Origin: a virus
Length of the DNA: 64,000 nucleotides
Strand: one strand, 5' to 3'
Virus record (IMG/VR): IMGVR_UViG_3300046779_000879
Location: 1 to 64,000 of that record
The notes below the pieces were generated by a model, which saw only the letters and a program-made list of their open reading frames with translations, was not told the origin of the DNA and ran no database searches. Below are positions 46,591-54,336 of the stretch, piece by piece. Position 1 is the stretch's first letter. Each line of letters begins with the position of its first letter. The position numbers and the translations under genes are program-made.

Positions 46591-46665
46591 TGGTACACGA
46601 TAGGAGAATCGAACTCCTCTTCCTGCCGTGAAAGGGCAGTGTCCTAACCGATAGACGAATCGTGC
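46591..46665 (-). tRNA. tRNA-Glu(TTC)
   Basis: CTGCC-CTTTCAC-GGCAG. Confidence 0.95.
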
Positions 46666-46779
46666 ATAGTGGTAGTTTTTAGAGAACTACCAAACTCTGC
46701 GTACTTGCATGGGTAACTTATCCCAACTTCATGCTTTAGATTCGACTAAAGACTCATAGAAGATTTCAGAAGAACTACT

Positions 46780-46808
46780 ATTATACATCAAAACTTATTG
46801 CAAGACAA
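46780..46808 (-). promoter_or_regulatory. sigma70-type promoter inside the tRNA array
   Basis: TTGTCT-17 nt-TATAAT. Confidence 0.75.
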
Positions 46809-46816
46809 CAATTATC

Positions 46817-46893
46817 TGGAGTGGGTGACAGGGATCGAACCTGCATAATACGGATTTGCAATCCGTCACCTAACCATTCAGTAGCACACCCAC
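46817..46893 (-). tRNA. tRNA-Cys(GCA)
   Basis: ACGGA-TTGCAAA-TCCGT; TCCA end. Confidence 0.93.
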
Positions 46894-46899
46894 ATAATC

Positions 46900-46974
46900 T
46901 GGCACGGCATGGAGGAATCGAACCACCATTCTGAGTTTAGAAGACTCATGTCCTATCCGTTGAACGAATGCCGT
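46900..46974 (-). tRNA. tRNA-Arg(TCT)
   Basis: TGAGT-CTTCTAA-ACTCA. Confidence 0.95.
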
Positions 46975-46979
46975 ATAAC

Positions 46980-47067
46980 TGGCGGAAGAACTGAGATTCG
47001 AACTCAGGGAACATTTCTGTTCGGCAGTTTTCAAGACTGCTGGTTTAAACCACTCACCCACTCTTCC
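46980..47067 (-). tRNA. tRNA-Ser(TGA)
   Basis: GCAGT-CTTGAAA-ACTGC; long variable arm. Confidence 0.95.
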
Positions 47068-47073
47068 TAAACT

Positions 47074-47158
47074 TGGTGCGACTGACCAGAATCGAACTGG
47101 TATGACTTGCGTCGAGAGATTTTAAGTCTCTTGTGTCTACCTATTTCACCACAGTCGC
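47074..47158 (-). tRNA. tRNA-Leu(TAA)
   Basis: AGAGA-CTTAAAA-TCTCT; long variable arm. Confidence 0.95.
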
Positions 47159-47167
47159 AATAACTCT

Positions 47168-47196
47168 ATTATACCCCAAACGATCTTGCAAGTCAA
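47168..47196 (-). promoter_or_regulatory. sigma70-type promoter upstream of tRNA-Leu(TAA)
   Basis: TTGACT-17 nt-TATAAT. Confidence 0.75.
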
Positions 47197-47271
47197 TGGT
47201 GTGCCAACTAAGAATTGAACTTAGACTCAACCGATTATGAGTCGGACGCTTTACCATTAAGCTATTGGCAC
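47197..47271 (-). tRNA. tRNA(CAT), probably Ile2 (lysidine, reads ATA)
   Basis: CCGA-CTCATAA-TCGG anticodon arm and TTCAA T-loop resemble bacterial tRNA-Ile2; elongator Met not excluded. Confidence 0.8.
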
Positions 47272-47278
47272 ATTGTTC

Positions 47279-47326
47279 TTATTGCACGTTTTCGTGAATC
47301 CACTTCCAGTATTCTTCTACTGTCAT
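47279..47326 (-). CDS. 15-aa micropeptide MTVEEYWKWIHENVQ
   Basis: AGAGGAG RBS 6 nt before the ATG; lies right after the terminator. Confidence 0.45.
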   Translation of the reverse strand: MTVEEYWKWIHENVQ

Positions 47327-47340
47327 TTCTTTCTCCTCTA

Positions 47341-47377
47341 AAAACAAAAAACCCTCGGAGATTTCTCTGCGAGGGTT
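47341..47377 (-). terminator. intrinsic terminator of the putative attenuator
   Basis: AACCCTCG-CAGAGAAATCTC-CGAGGGTT followed by TTTTGTTTT. Confidence 0.85.
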
Positions 47378-47398
47378 GATGAAAAGTATAATTACCTA

Positions 47399-47491
47399 TC
47401 AGCTAACCCTCACTCCTAGATTTAGGTATGAGTGTTCCAAGCCACATAATAGTGGATTGGTTGTTCTAAGTGTAGGTATATGTTTCATCAT
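47399..47491 (-). CDS. putative attenuator leader peptide (30 aa) MMKHIPTLRTTNPLLCGLEHSYLNLGVRVS
   Basis: Its last codons carry GTGAGGGTT, complementary to the terminator 5' arm; its codons match the phage tRNA set. Confidence 0.65.
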   Translation of the reverse strand: MMKHIPTLRTTNPLLCGLEHSYLNLGVRVS

Positions 47492-47499
47492 AGTAATTC

Positions 47500-47506
47500 T
47501 ATTTAG
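47500..47506 (-). promoter_or_regulatory. late promoter (CTAAATA), 8 nt before the leader ATG
   Basis: Recurrent late motif. Confidence 0.6.
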
Positions 47507-47514
47507 GATTTATT

Positions 47515-48021
47515 TTATACATTTAAAACTTTTGCAACACTGTTCATTACTGCAGCAATGCGACCAATGTCACGTAGTTGCTCAACAGTGTAACCCTCTT
47601 TCTTCAGAGTTTCGTAGTGTGCCTTCACGCAGAAGTGGCACTTACCAACGATACTTGCAGCAAGAGAGAATGCTTCAAAATTTACCTTAGTTGTTCCACC
47701 ATGAGATGCAATCGCATTCATGCGTAGTTGAGCAGGTAGACCAGCCAATGCAGGATCGTCTGCCATCTCAACATACGGATACCATACGTTGTTCTGTGCC
47801 ATAATACTTGCAGCAGTCATCGCTGCATTCGCATGAACTGGATTGTCTGCCAACATCACTGCTAGAACTTTACCGTTACCAGTTGCAGCCAATGCAGCCA
47901 CGGCACAACCCATAGCAACATCGGCATCCAATGTGCTACGCAGAAGAACAGCATCAAGATTTAACTTGGTGTCCTTTGCATATTCAGGCAACGCTTCTTT
48001 AATAGAATCGTTGAATGCCAT
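47515..48021 (-). CDS. ahpD: alkyl hydroperoxide reductase AhpD
   Basis: LPEYAKD.KLNL..MAQNNVWY..FE..SLAAS..GKCHFCVKAH. Confidence 0.93.
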   Translation of the reverse strand: MAFNDSIKEALPEYAKDTKLNLDAVLLRSTLDADVAMGCAVAALAATGNGKVLAVMLADNPVHANAAMTAASIMAQNNVWYPYVEMADDPALAGLPAQLRMNAIASHGGTTKVNFEAFSLAASIVGKCHFCVKAHYETLKKEGYTVEQLRDIGRIAAVMNSVAKVLNV

Positions 48022-48563
48022 TAGAGAGTCTCCCCACCCACTGTACGATTACATGCGCACAACTCACCAGTCTGCAATGCATCTAGTACACGAAGTGTTT
48101 CTTCTGGTGAACGACCTACATTCAAGTTATTCACAGTCACGTGTTGAATCACATTTTCTGGATCAACGATGAAAGTGGCACGTAGTGCTGCACCTGCAGG
48201 TTGATAGAACACACCGAGTTGATCAATCAATGACTTATCCCACTCACGTGATGTGTCAGCAAACTGAATGTGCTTCACTTTTTGTAAGTCAGCGTGTGCT
48301 TTCTGCCATGCTACCTTACAGAACTCATTGTCTGTGCTACCAGTCAATAGAACTGCATCACGATCTTCGAAGTCTTGGAACAACTTATCATACGCTACGA
48401 TCTCTGTAGGACATACGAATGTAAAGTCTTTTGGATAGTAAACGATAACCTTCCACTTACCTTCAAATGATTTCTCTGTAATATCAAAGAATGCGTCTTC
48501 TGGTTGTCCAGGTTTTACACCAGTAACAACAAACTTCTCAATTTTATCTCCAACTGTCAACAT
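48021..48563 (-). CDS. ahpC: peroxiredoxin AhpC
   Basis: YPKDFTFVCPTEI..RATFIVDP..VGR..E.LR.LDALQTGELCACN. Confidence 0.95.
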   Translation of the reverse strand: MLTVGDKIEKFVVTGVKPGQPEDAFFDITEKSFEGKWKVIVYYPKDFTFVCPTEIVAYDKLFQDFEDRDAVLLTGSTDNEFCKVAWQKAHADLQKVKHIQFADTSREWDKSLIDQLGVFYQPAGAALRATFIVDPENVIQHVTVNNLNVGRSPEETLRVLDALQTGELCACNRTVGGETL

Positions 48564-48590
48564 ACTCTTTTACTCCATTAGTTTAGTTAA

Positions 48591-49310
48591 TTAAATTTGT
48601 TTTTCATGTAAATATAGATTTTGATTACCATCTATATTTTTAGAAAAGTAAATACCACCAGTTTCTACATTGTCTACATATCTATAATGATTTAGTGGTA
48701 AATTTAAATCCTTACAGTAATTTGGGTCTATGTCGAATATAACAGAAATTCTATCATCATCTCCGATATTTTCTGCCCAATGTAATTGTTTATTATCAAA
48801 CCAAAATAATGTTCCAGGTGTTATTGTTACCTCTTCATCTGCAACATAATATTTGTACGTACCTTGAATAGAAAAATGAAATCTATTTTTCTGATATTTT
48901 CTACCAAAGTCATAGTGTTTTTGTACTTTATCTCCAGGATACAACTTAGTTATTATAATTCTTACCAATTCTGTTTTCAAGCATGGGAATTTAGAAGAAA
49001 GACATTCTAATAACAATGGATAATCTTGAAACAATTCTGTTTTTCTAAACTCTACTAGTGGACTATCATAAATTTGACCAAGTCTATCCCATTCATCATA
49101 AGAATGTTCTTCTTCAGGCTTTCCAATTTTGTATGGTCCAGATACTAAAAAAATATCTTTTTCAAAAGCAGCCCTGCGTAGTTCACAATGAATTTTACCA
49201 GACTTAAATAAGTCGTGGGTTCGTTTCCAGTTAATTGAATTTGTAACAACTACTTCTTCACATATAGAAGAAACGTCCAAATTTTGTTCAATTATTTTTA
49301 TGTGCTTCAT
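48591..49310 (-). CDS. Asp/Asn beta-hydroxylase-like oxygenase
   Basis: L.PG..V.KHYD..RFH..G..FWFDN...H.A.N.G...RI..IFD. Confidence 0.82.
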   Translation of the reverse strand: MKHIKIIEQNLDVSSICEEVVVTNSINWKRTHDLFKSGKIHCELRRAAFEKDIFLVSGPYKIGKPEEEHSYDEWDRLGQIYDSPLVEFRKTELFQDYPLLLECLSSKFPCLKTELVRIIITKLYPGDKVQKHYDFGRKYQKNRFHFSIQGTYKYYVADEEVTITPGTLFWFDNKQLHWAENIGDDDRISVIFDIDPNYCKDLNLPLNHYRYVDNVETGGIYFSKNIDGNQNLYLHEKQI

Positions 49311-49797
49311 TTATTTTGATAACTTCAATATTACATTTATTTAAAAAGTTTATACCAGCATCATCTCTATAAAAATTTCTGTAATAAACATTAGTTATTC
49401 CTGCACCATAGATTAACTTAGCACAGTGAACACAAGGAGCATGAGTACAAAATAAACTGGAACCATTGCCTGATTCACCATCACGAGCCAATTTGAGAAT
49501 AGCATTTGCTTCAGCGTGGATGACCTCATCTTTAGTTTTTAAACGATACCAACCATTGTCAGTACCAGTGAATCCCAATCGTTTCATTTCATCTGGAGAT
49601 GGAATTTGTTCGTCACTACCAACATATTCAGTATGCTCACAATTATTATCCCAACCAGATGGCATACCATTATATCCAATTGAGATGATACGATTGTCTT
49701 TCACGACAACCGCACCAACCTGCAATCGTTTCGCACTGGACAACTCTGCGAATCTCTCCGCAGTGTCCATAAATGCATCAATCCACTTCTGTTTCAA
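49288..49797 (-). CDS. cd: dCMP deaminase
   Basis: VGAV.VKD.RIISIGYNG..HAEANAI..THAPC.HCAK. Confidence 0.93.
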   Translation of the reverse strand: MKQKWIDAFMDTAERFAELSSAKRLQVGAVVVKDNRIISIGYNGMPSGWDNNCEHTEYVGSDEQIPSPDEMKRLGFTGTDNGWYRLKTKDEVIHAEANAILKLARDGESGNGSSLFCTHAPCVHCAKLIYGAGITNVYYRNFYRDDAGINFLNKCNIEVIKINEAHKNN

Positions 49798-50461
49798 TAT
49801 ATTCCTTAGTTAAACCTCGCCACTGGACAACTTTAATGTCATCATCCTCCCAACGACCCCACTTACCGTTTTTATATTCACAGTATTGTGGAAAATTCCA
49901 TGCTTCTGTTGTCACTTCATAACGACCATCGACTGCAGGAGTAACACTGATTGGATACCATTCAGTTCGTTCTAACTCTGAAAGAGAATCTTCTAACTGT
50001 TCTTCTTCATGTCGCTCTAATTCATCCCAAACATTGGCAAAGTCAGCAATGTCCTCTGGTAGATTTTCTACCTCTTCACGATTTGTATAATCGAACTCGT
50101 AGTAATCATCATATCCATCTTCGAAACGACCAGCAAATCCCATTCCAGGTTCATGATACAATGCACGAACACTCCAACCATTCTCGTTTAAGAAATCATA
50201 AAGAGCAATTGGTGGTGACCACGCTGTGTCAAAATGCATGACAATCGTATTGTCATCCTCTCGTTCCCAATCATGCATTGAAACATCCCACTTTGTACCC
50301 CAATTTTCGCACGACCAACCATAGTCCCACTCACCATCGGGGTTTGGTCGCAGGTAGTTAAATGGTTGTGCATCTTCTTTTAGAAGTTCTTGCTCTAGCC
50401 CATCGATTTTAGTTTTGTCTTCGTTAGACAGGGTTGCTGTATTGTAACACCAGTTTGGCAT
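49778..50461 (-). CDS. DUF1281/YubB ferredoxin-like domain protein
   Basis: MPNWC.N..WY/WD.W...NWGTKWD..FDTAWSPP..Y.EPGM.F.G. Confidence 0.75.
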   Translation of the reverse strand: MPNWCYNTATLSNEDKTKIDGLEQELLKEDAQPFNYLRPNPDGEWDYGWSCENWGTKWDVSMHDWEREDDNTIVMHFDTAWSPPIALYDFLNENGWSVRALYHEPGMGFAGRFEDGYDDYYEFDYTNREEVENLPEDIADFANVWDELERHEEEQLEDSLSELERTEWYPISVTPAVDGRYEVTTEAWNFPQYCEYKNGKWGRWEDDDIKVVQWRGLTKEYIETEVD

Positions 50462-50487
50462 ATTTCACTCCGTTCATAATAAGGTTA

Positions 50488-50516
50488 ATTATACTACACT
50501 TGCTCTTTGGAAACAA
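50488..50516 (-). promoter_or_regulatory. sigma70-type promoter
   Basis: TTGTTT-17 nt-TATAAT. Confidence 0.6.
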
Positions 50517-50931
50517 CTTTTTCTTTCTTTACTGGTGCAGGAATGATACCTGCATCTGATACTAATTTGTGTGTAATCTTTGGATACAACTTTGTAAGTT
50601 TCTGGTCTTTGACTGCAATAAGAACTTTGGCTTCATCAGGATGGACACCTTCCAACAAAGAGATGAATAAAGATTCTCTCTTGAGAGGTGTCAAATCTTT
50701 GCGAGTAAACACATACATTCTTCGTGCTTCATTGAACAAATTTGTTGGTGTCATTCCCATTGGTTCAGCAGCAGGTTTGAATGGTGGCTCACCATCTGGT
50801 AAAATAAACTTGTAGTCTGGTAGGAATGAGTGTGCAAAAATCACTTTAAGTAAAAAGTCTTGTTTGTAATTTTCGATTGCTTTTGGATTCTCATTAATAT
50901 CCGTAAGCATTTGCGTTAAGTATTTTCTCAT
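50494..50931 (-). CDS. conserved hypothetical T4-like protein
   Basis: LPDGEPPF..KRESLFI.LLEG.HP.EA..L..KD..L..Y. Confidence 0.75.
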   Translation of the reverse strand: MRKYLTQMLTDINENPKAIENYKQDFLLKVIFAHSFLPDYKFILPDGEPPFKPAAEPMGMTPTNLFNEARRMYVFTRKDLTPLKRESLFISLLEGVHPDEAKVLIAVKDQKLTKLYPKITHKLVSDAGIIPAPVKKEKVVSKEQV

Positions 50932-51824
50932 TAAAAGTCTTCCAATTCTTCTAGTAGTAGTCGGCAACGATGTTCCATAAGGTAATTCATAACAGTCATC
51001 TTATCTCCATTCGGTTTATTACTTAGGTATGTATCAACGATACAAGTTTGAACATCCTTTGGAATGAATTCAAAATCAACCAATGTGGCATTGCGATGCC
51101 AGTTGCGACGTTCATCATCATTCTTACACGCATCGAATCCTTTGTCAATAAACTCAGCGAGACGTTTAGCTGACATAGGTTTCTGTCTTTCTCCAACCAT
51201 AAACACATCGTCTTTGCTTAAGATATTTGGAACACCATCACCAGTGTCACCTTTAACAATGTGTTCAATCATAAAGTCACGAATCTCTTGTTTTGTTGCA
51301 GTGATATATTTTTTCTGCATCGGAGACCACTGCTTTACAGTAGGATACAATTGTAACTGTTTGAAGTCTTTGTCAGAAGAAAGAATCAAAACTTTCTGAG
51401 GATCCTCTACCAATCCTTCTTGAACCAACTGATTGTCTTGCAACCACTTAGACATCACTGCAATAATATCATCTGCTTCTGCACGATCCACGTGAATAAC
51501 TCTCCATGGAAAATACTTGGCAATGTCTTCACGCATTTCTGATAGAGTGTCAAAGATAAGTTTCCAATCTAAATCTGATTTATCTCGATTAGTCTTACGC
51601 ATACCTTTATAGAACTCAAAGAATTCTTTACGCCAATACTTACGACCATCACAACAAATGACCAACTCGCCATACTCTTTGCCATACTTTTTCTTGTATG
51701 ACTTGATTGTGGATAATGTTACGTGACGAATCAAATTCTTAACTTCTGATTCAGTACCCTTCAATTCTCGCTGAAAAGTTAAGATTGCTGCAAGAGCAAC
51801 TTGAGAGTAATCAACTAGAATCAT
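50931..51824 (-). CDS. rnh: T4-type RNase H (5'-3' exonuclease)
   Basis: ILVD..RH..YGE.VICCD..YWR..YK..R..EADDII..SSDKDF.QL..GD.GDGVPNI. Confidence 0.94.
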   Translation of the reverse strand: MILVDYSQVALAAILTFQRELKGTESEVKNLIRHVTLSTIKSYKKKYGKEYGELVICCDGRKYWRKEFFEFYKGMRKTNRDKSDLDWKLIFDTLSEMREDIAKYFPWRVIHVDRAEADDIIAVMSKWLQDNQLVQEGLVEDPQKVLILSSDKDFKQLQLYPTVKQWSPMQKKYITATKQEIRDFMIEHIVKGDTGDGVPNILSKDDVFMVGERQKPMSAKRLAEFIDKGFDACKNDDERRNWHRNATLVDFEFIPKDVQTCIVDTYLSNKPNGDKMTVMNYLMEHRCRLLLEELEDF

Positions 51825-52033
51825 TTCATATCCATTTCTTTAACAAAATTCTTAAATAAACCAACAAACGTAGTCATTTCCTGCTCAACATTAACAGGTT
51901 TCTTTTCAACACAATAAGTTTCTCTTTGAACACGCTGAACAACAGCTTGACATTCTGCCAGTGTTTTAAACGTATTTGGTGCTTCAACGACACCATTCGC
52001 TGTAATAATCATTAAAACAAACATGGTGTTCAT
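51821..52033 (-). CDS. hypothetical protein
   Basis: Hydrophobic N-terminus; two Cys. Confidence 0.55.
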   Translation of the reverse strand: MNTMFVLMIITANGVVEAPNTFKTLAECQAVVQRVQRETYCVEKKPVNVEQEMTTFVGLFKNFVKEMDMK

Positions 52034-53142
52034 CAAAACGCTCCAAGCAAAATACATTCTTCATTAATACGTCCATTCGGTGCGGATGGTTTCGTAGTTA
52101 GTTTCTTCAGTGCACCATTCAATGCACGTTTACCCAGTGCCAATCCTTTAAAGAATTCCTCTGGTTTGCGCAGTGTCATCTGTTGAGATTCTTTAATATC
52201 AAAACCGATGATTGTAGTGCCTTTGACTGACAGTGGGTTACCACCTTCACCCCTGTAAACACCGATGCGACGATATTTGGTATTGTAATACCATACTTCA
52301 GTAGAACCAATAATCGACTCTGGTTTGATAGACTTCAATCCGAGATCTGCAAACTCTCGCATGAACTTCATCTTAGATACCAGTTTAGTAGGTGACTGTG
52401 GTTTACGTTTACGTGGTTTACGATCTGCTTTGGCAGTCTGAATCATTTGCTGGCAGTCGTCAATAATCTCACCAACAAACTTGTGGAGTGCTTTTAACTC
52501 TTTCTTAGAGAAGTTTGAATATCCCTCAATAAGTTGGTCATCTTCACCATTAATTGCATCTGCTAGTTCGTTATAGCAATTAACAAAACTATCACCGATA
52601 CGTTTAGCAATTGGTGCGGATACTGCTTGAGCAAGCAAGTAGTTCTTGGCAGAAAAAGTAGTTTTACCCTTACTAAGAACAAAGTCATCGATAGCACCTT
52701 CGATCTCGCCAGCAAGTTCTCTTGCTTTTTCATCCATGCGTTCTTGAATGCTGATTACATTGGTTGGTGCAACAACTTCTTTCTTAACTTCTTTGACGAT
52801 GTTATGTTTGGCAACGAGAACAGCAACACGTGACTCAAGAAGAGCCATGTGTTCATCTGATAGAGTATTGCCATTGGAAAGCAAACGACACATAATGCCA
52901 ATCTGGCGAACATCAAAGTCACTTGCTTTGTTTAGTGCAAGAACTTCATTCTTTCGATTCAGTTTGGCAAAGTACTCGAGTGCATATTTGCGACGTTTCT
53001 TTTCGTCTGTTTGATCAGTGTACCAGACCAAAGCAGTGCTGATATCTACGTTGTAGTGTTCAGCACGAATAGTTGGCTCGTCTTTAATCTTGTTTAATTC
53101 AGCGTGGGCTTTGGCACGTTTCTTTGCAGCATTAACATTCAT
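52033..53142 (-). CDS. conserved hypothetical T4-like protein
   Basis: SIQER..L.EGYS..S.KPE.IIG..YNTKYR..VKGTT..TLRKP..NGRIN. Confidence 0.8.
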   Translation of the reverse strand: MNVNAAKKRAKAHAELNKIKDEPTIRAEHYNVDISTALVWYTDQTDEKKRRKYALEYFAKLNRKNEVLALNKASDFDVRQIGIMCRLLSNGNTLSDEHMALLESRVAVLVAKHNIVKEVKKEVVAPTNVISIQERMDEKARELAGEIEGAIDDFVLSKGKTTFSAKNYLLAQAVSAPIAKRIGDSFVNCYNELADAINGEDDQLIEGYSNFSKKELKALHKFVGEIIDDCQQMIQTAKADRKPRKRKPQSPTKLVSKMKFMREFADLGLKSIKPESIIGSTEVWYYNTKYRRIGVYRGEGGNPLSVKGTTIIGFDIKESQQMTLRKPEEFFKGLALGKRALNGALKKLTTKPSAPNGRINEECILLGAF

Positions 53143-53171
53143 AGGTTTGTAACCTCCATAATATAATATCT

Positions 53172-53200
53172 ATTATACCGCAAATACGAATTAAAGACAA
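53172..53200 (-). promoter_or_regulatory. sigma70-type early promoter
   Basis: TTGTCT-17 nt-TATAAT. Confidence 0.8.
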
Positions 53201-53203
53201 CAC

Positions 53204-53458
53204 TTATTTTGCAGTAATTTTCTCGTATAGTTCCACGAAGTCCTCGTGGTCTGCAACCTCTTGAGCCAGATTCTGCTTATGATATGTCTTTGCAATCTTA
53301 GAAATAACTTTCTTTGGGATTTGCAATGTATCGGATTGTTCCTTAACGATTTCTCGAATAAGATCTCGCTCTGCTTCAGTACGAACCATTGAATTGCTAA
53401 TCTCTTGAATAGCACCTTGTAAATCTTTTTTCTGTTCTGGTGTTAATGCGTAATTCAT
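53204..53458 (-). CDS. dsbA: dsDNA-binding protein (T4 DsbA family)
   Basis: AIQEISNS..R.EAE.D..K..K.AK.YHKQN..LYE. Confidence 0.8.
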   Translation of the reverse strand: MNYALTPEQKKDLQGAIQEISNSMVRTEAERDLIREIVKEQSDTLQIPKKVISKIAKTYHKQNLAQEVADHEDFVELYEKITAK

Positions 53459-53658
53459 TTTTTACCTCTAAATGATAAAGTTGTTCCAAAAAATATCTGC
53501 ATCAATACCATCGCAGACCAAGTTTCAAGTGTATATGCAATAGTAAACCCAAATAAAGTATTAATTGCCCATATAAAAAGAAATGGGAATATAACTGCAA
53601 TGGCGATAATAATTGCAACACCGATAACTACCCCAAATGTTGTTAAGATTTTATTCAT
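53455..53658 (-). CDS. small membrane protein
   Basis: P...IWAINTLF..I.YTLETW. Confidence 0.65.
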   Translation of the reverse strand: MNKILTTFGVVIGVAIIIAIAVIFPFLFIWAINTLFGFTIAYTLETWSAMVLMQIFFGTTLSFRGKK

Positions 53659-53954
53659 AGTTCAAATCCTATTTTCGTCACTGATTCCCAACGAAAGGAT
53701 CTCCACTCTTGCTTTTCTGTGTCAAAGACTCGTACTGCGGATCCAGAATCCTTGCTAGTGGTTTCTGTCTTCGGTTGTTTGTCTGTGGGAATTCTGGATT
53801 CGACAAGGGTGCAGAACATGTCTCTGCTTGAACCATCTTTTTTGATAAAAGTAATGCACAAGTCTTTGATGTTTTCATCGTGGAGTACTCCGAGAGTCCA
53901 GGTTTTAAATTCTTCAAATTCTTTTTCATTCTTGAATACTGTTTGGAATGCCAT
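53655..53954 (-). CDS. SH3/WYL_2-like protein
   Basis: F.KKDGS.R.M.CTL..VFD.EK.EWRSFR. Confidence 0.75.
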   Translation of the reverse strand: MAFQTVFKNEKEFEEFKTWTLGVLHDENIKDLCITFIKKDGSSRDMFCTLVESRIPTDKQPKTETTSKDSGSAVRVFDTEKQEWRSFRWESVTKIGFEL

Positions 53955-54189
53955 TATCTAATCTTTCTGTCATGTCTTTAAAAATTGGACCAAAAAACTC
54001 TCTAAACTCTTTTGGAGAAAAGAAAGATGTGTGCCCATTGTCAATTATAACTTTACCATTTTCATCTGTTAATTTATTTTTGATTGTGAATTCAATCGTT
54101 GCATAAGATGTGCCTTCGTTTCGTTCTTTAATCACAACAGTCTTTAATAGACCCCCACGATAGATCTCTGCTTCATAGTTAAGACTCAT
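53926..54189 (-). CDS. hypothetical protein
   Basis: 87 aa ORF; AGGA RBS. Confidence 0.55.
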   Translation of the reverse strand: MSLNYEAEIYRGGLLKTVVIKERNEGTSYATIEFTIKNKLTDENGKVIIDNGHTSFFSPKEFREFFGPIFKDMTERLDNGIPNSIQE

Positions 54190-54322
54190 AATCTTCTTTC
54201 CTGTGTTTAGGTTTACGAATGTATTGAACCTTACTCTCTACCACACGCATGCGATATTTCGGAGTACGTAAATCCTTTGCAACAGGATCTCTAGGTTTCA
54301 AAGTCTTATTATACGCTTTCAT
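54179..54322 (-). CDS. ArfA-like small basic protein (47 aa)
   Basis: Read by eye: MKAYNKTLKPRDPVAKDLRTPKYRMRVVESKVQYIRKPKHRKEDYES. Confidence 0.5.
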   Translation of the reverse strand: MKAYNKTLKPRDPVAKDLRTPKYRMRVVESKVQYIRKPKHRKEDYES

Positions 54323-54336
54323 TTTTTACAAGGCAA
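54308..54336 (-). promoter_or_regulatory. sigma70-type promoter
   Basis: TTGCCT-17 nt-TATAAT. Confidence 0.6.

Noticed and set aside
46670-46698. preQ1-I riboswitch
   Set aside because: Similar size and A-rich tail, but it lacks the ligand-pairing loop C and precedes a tRNA rather than a queuosine gene.
45318-47690. ORF-track calls over the tRNA array (45318, 45346, 45453, 46870, 47376)
   Set aside because: They overlap clear tRNA genes or lie antisense to ahpD and the attenuator; shadow ORFs.
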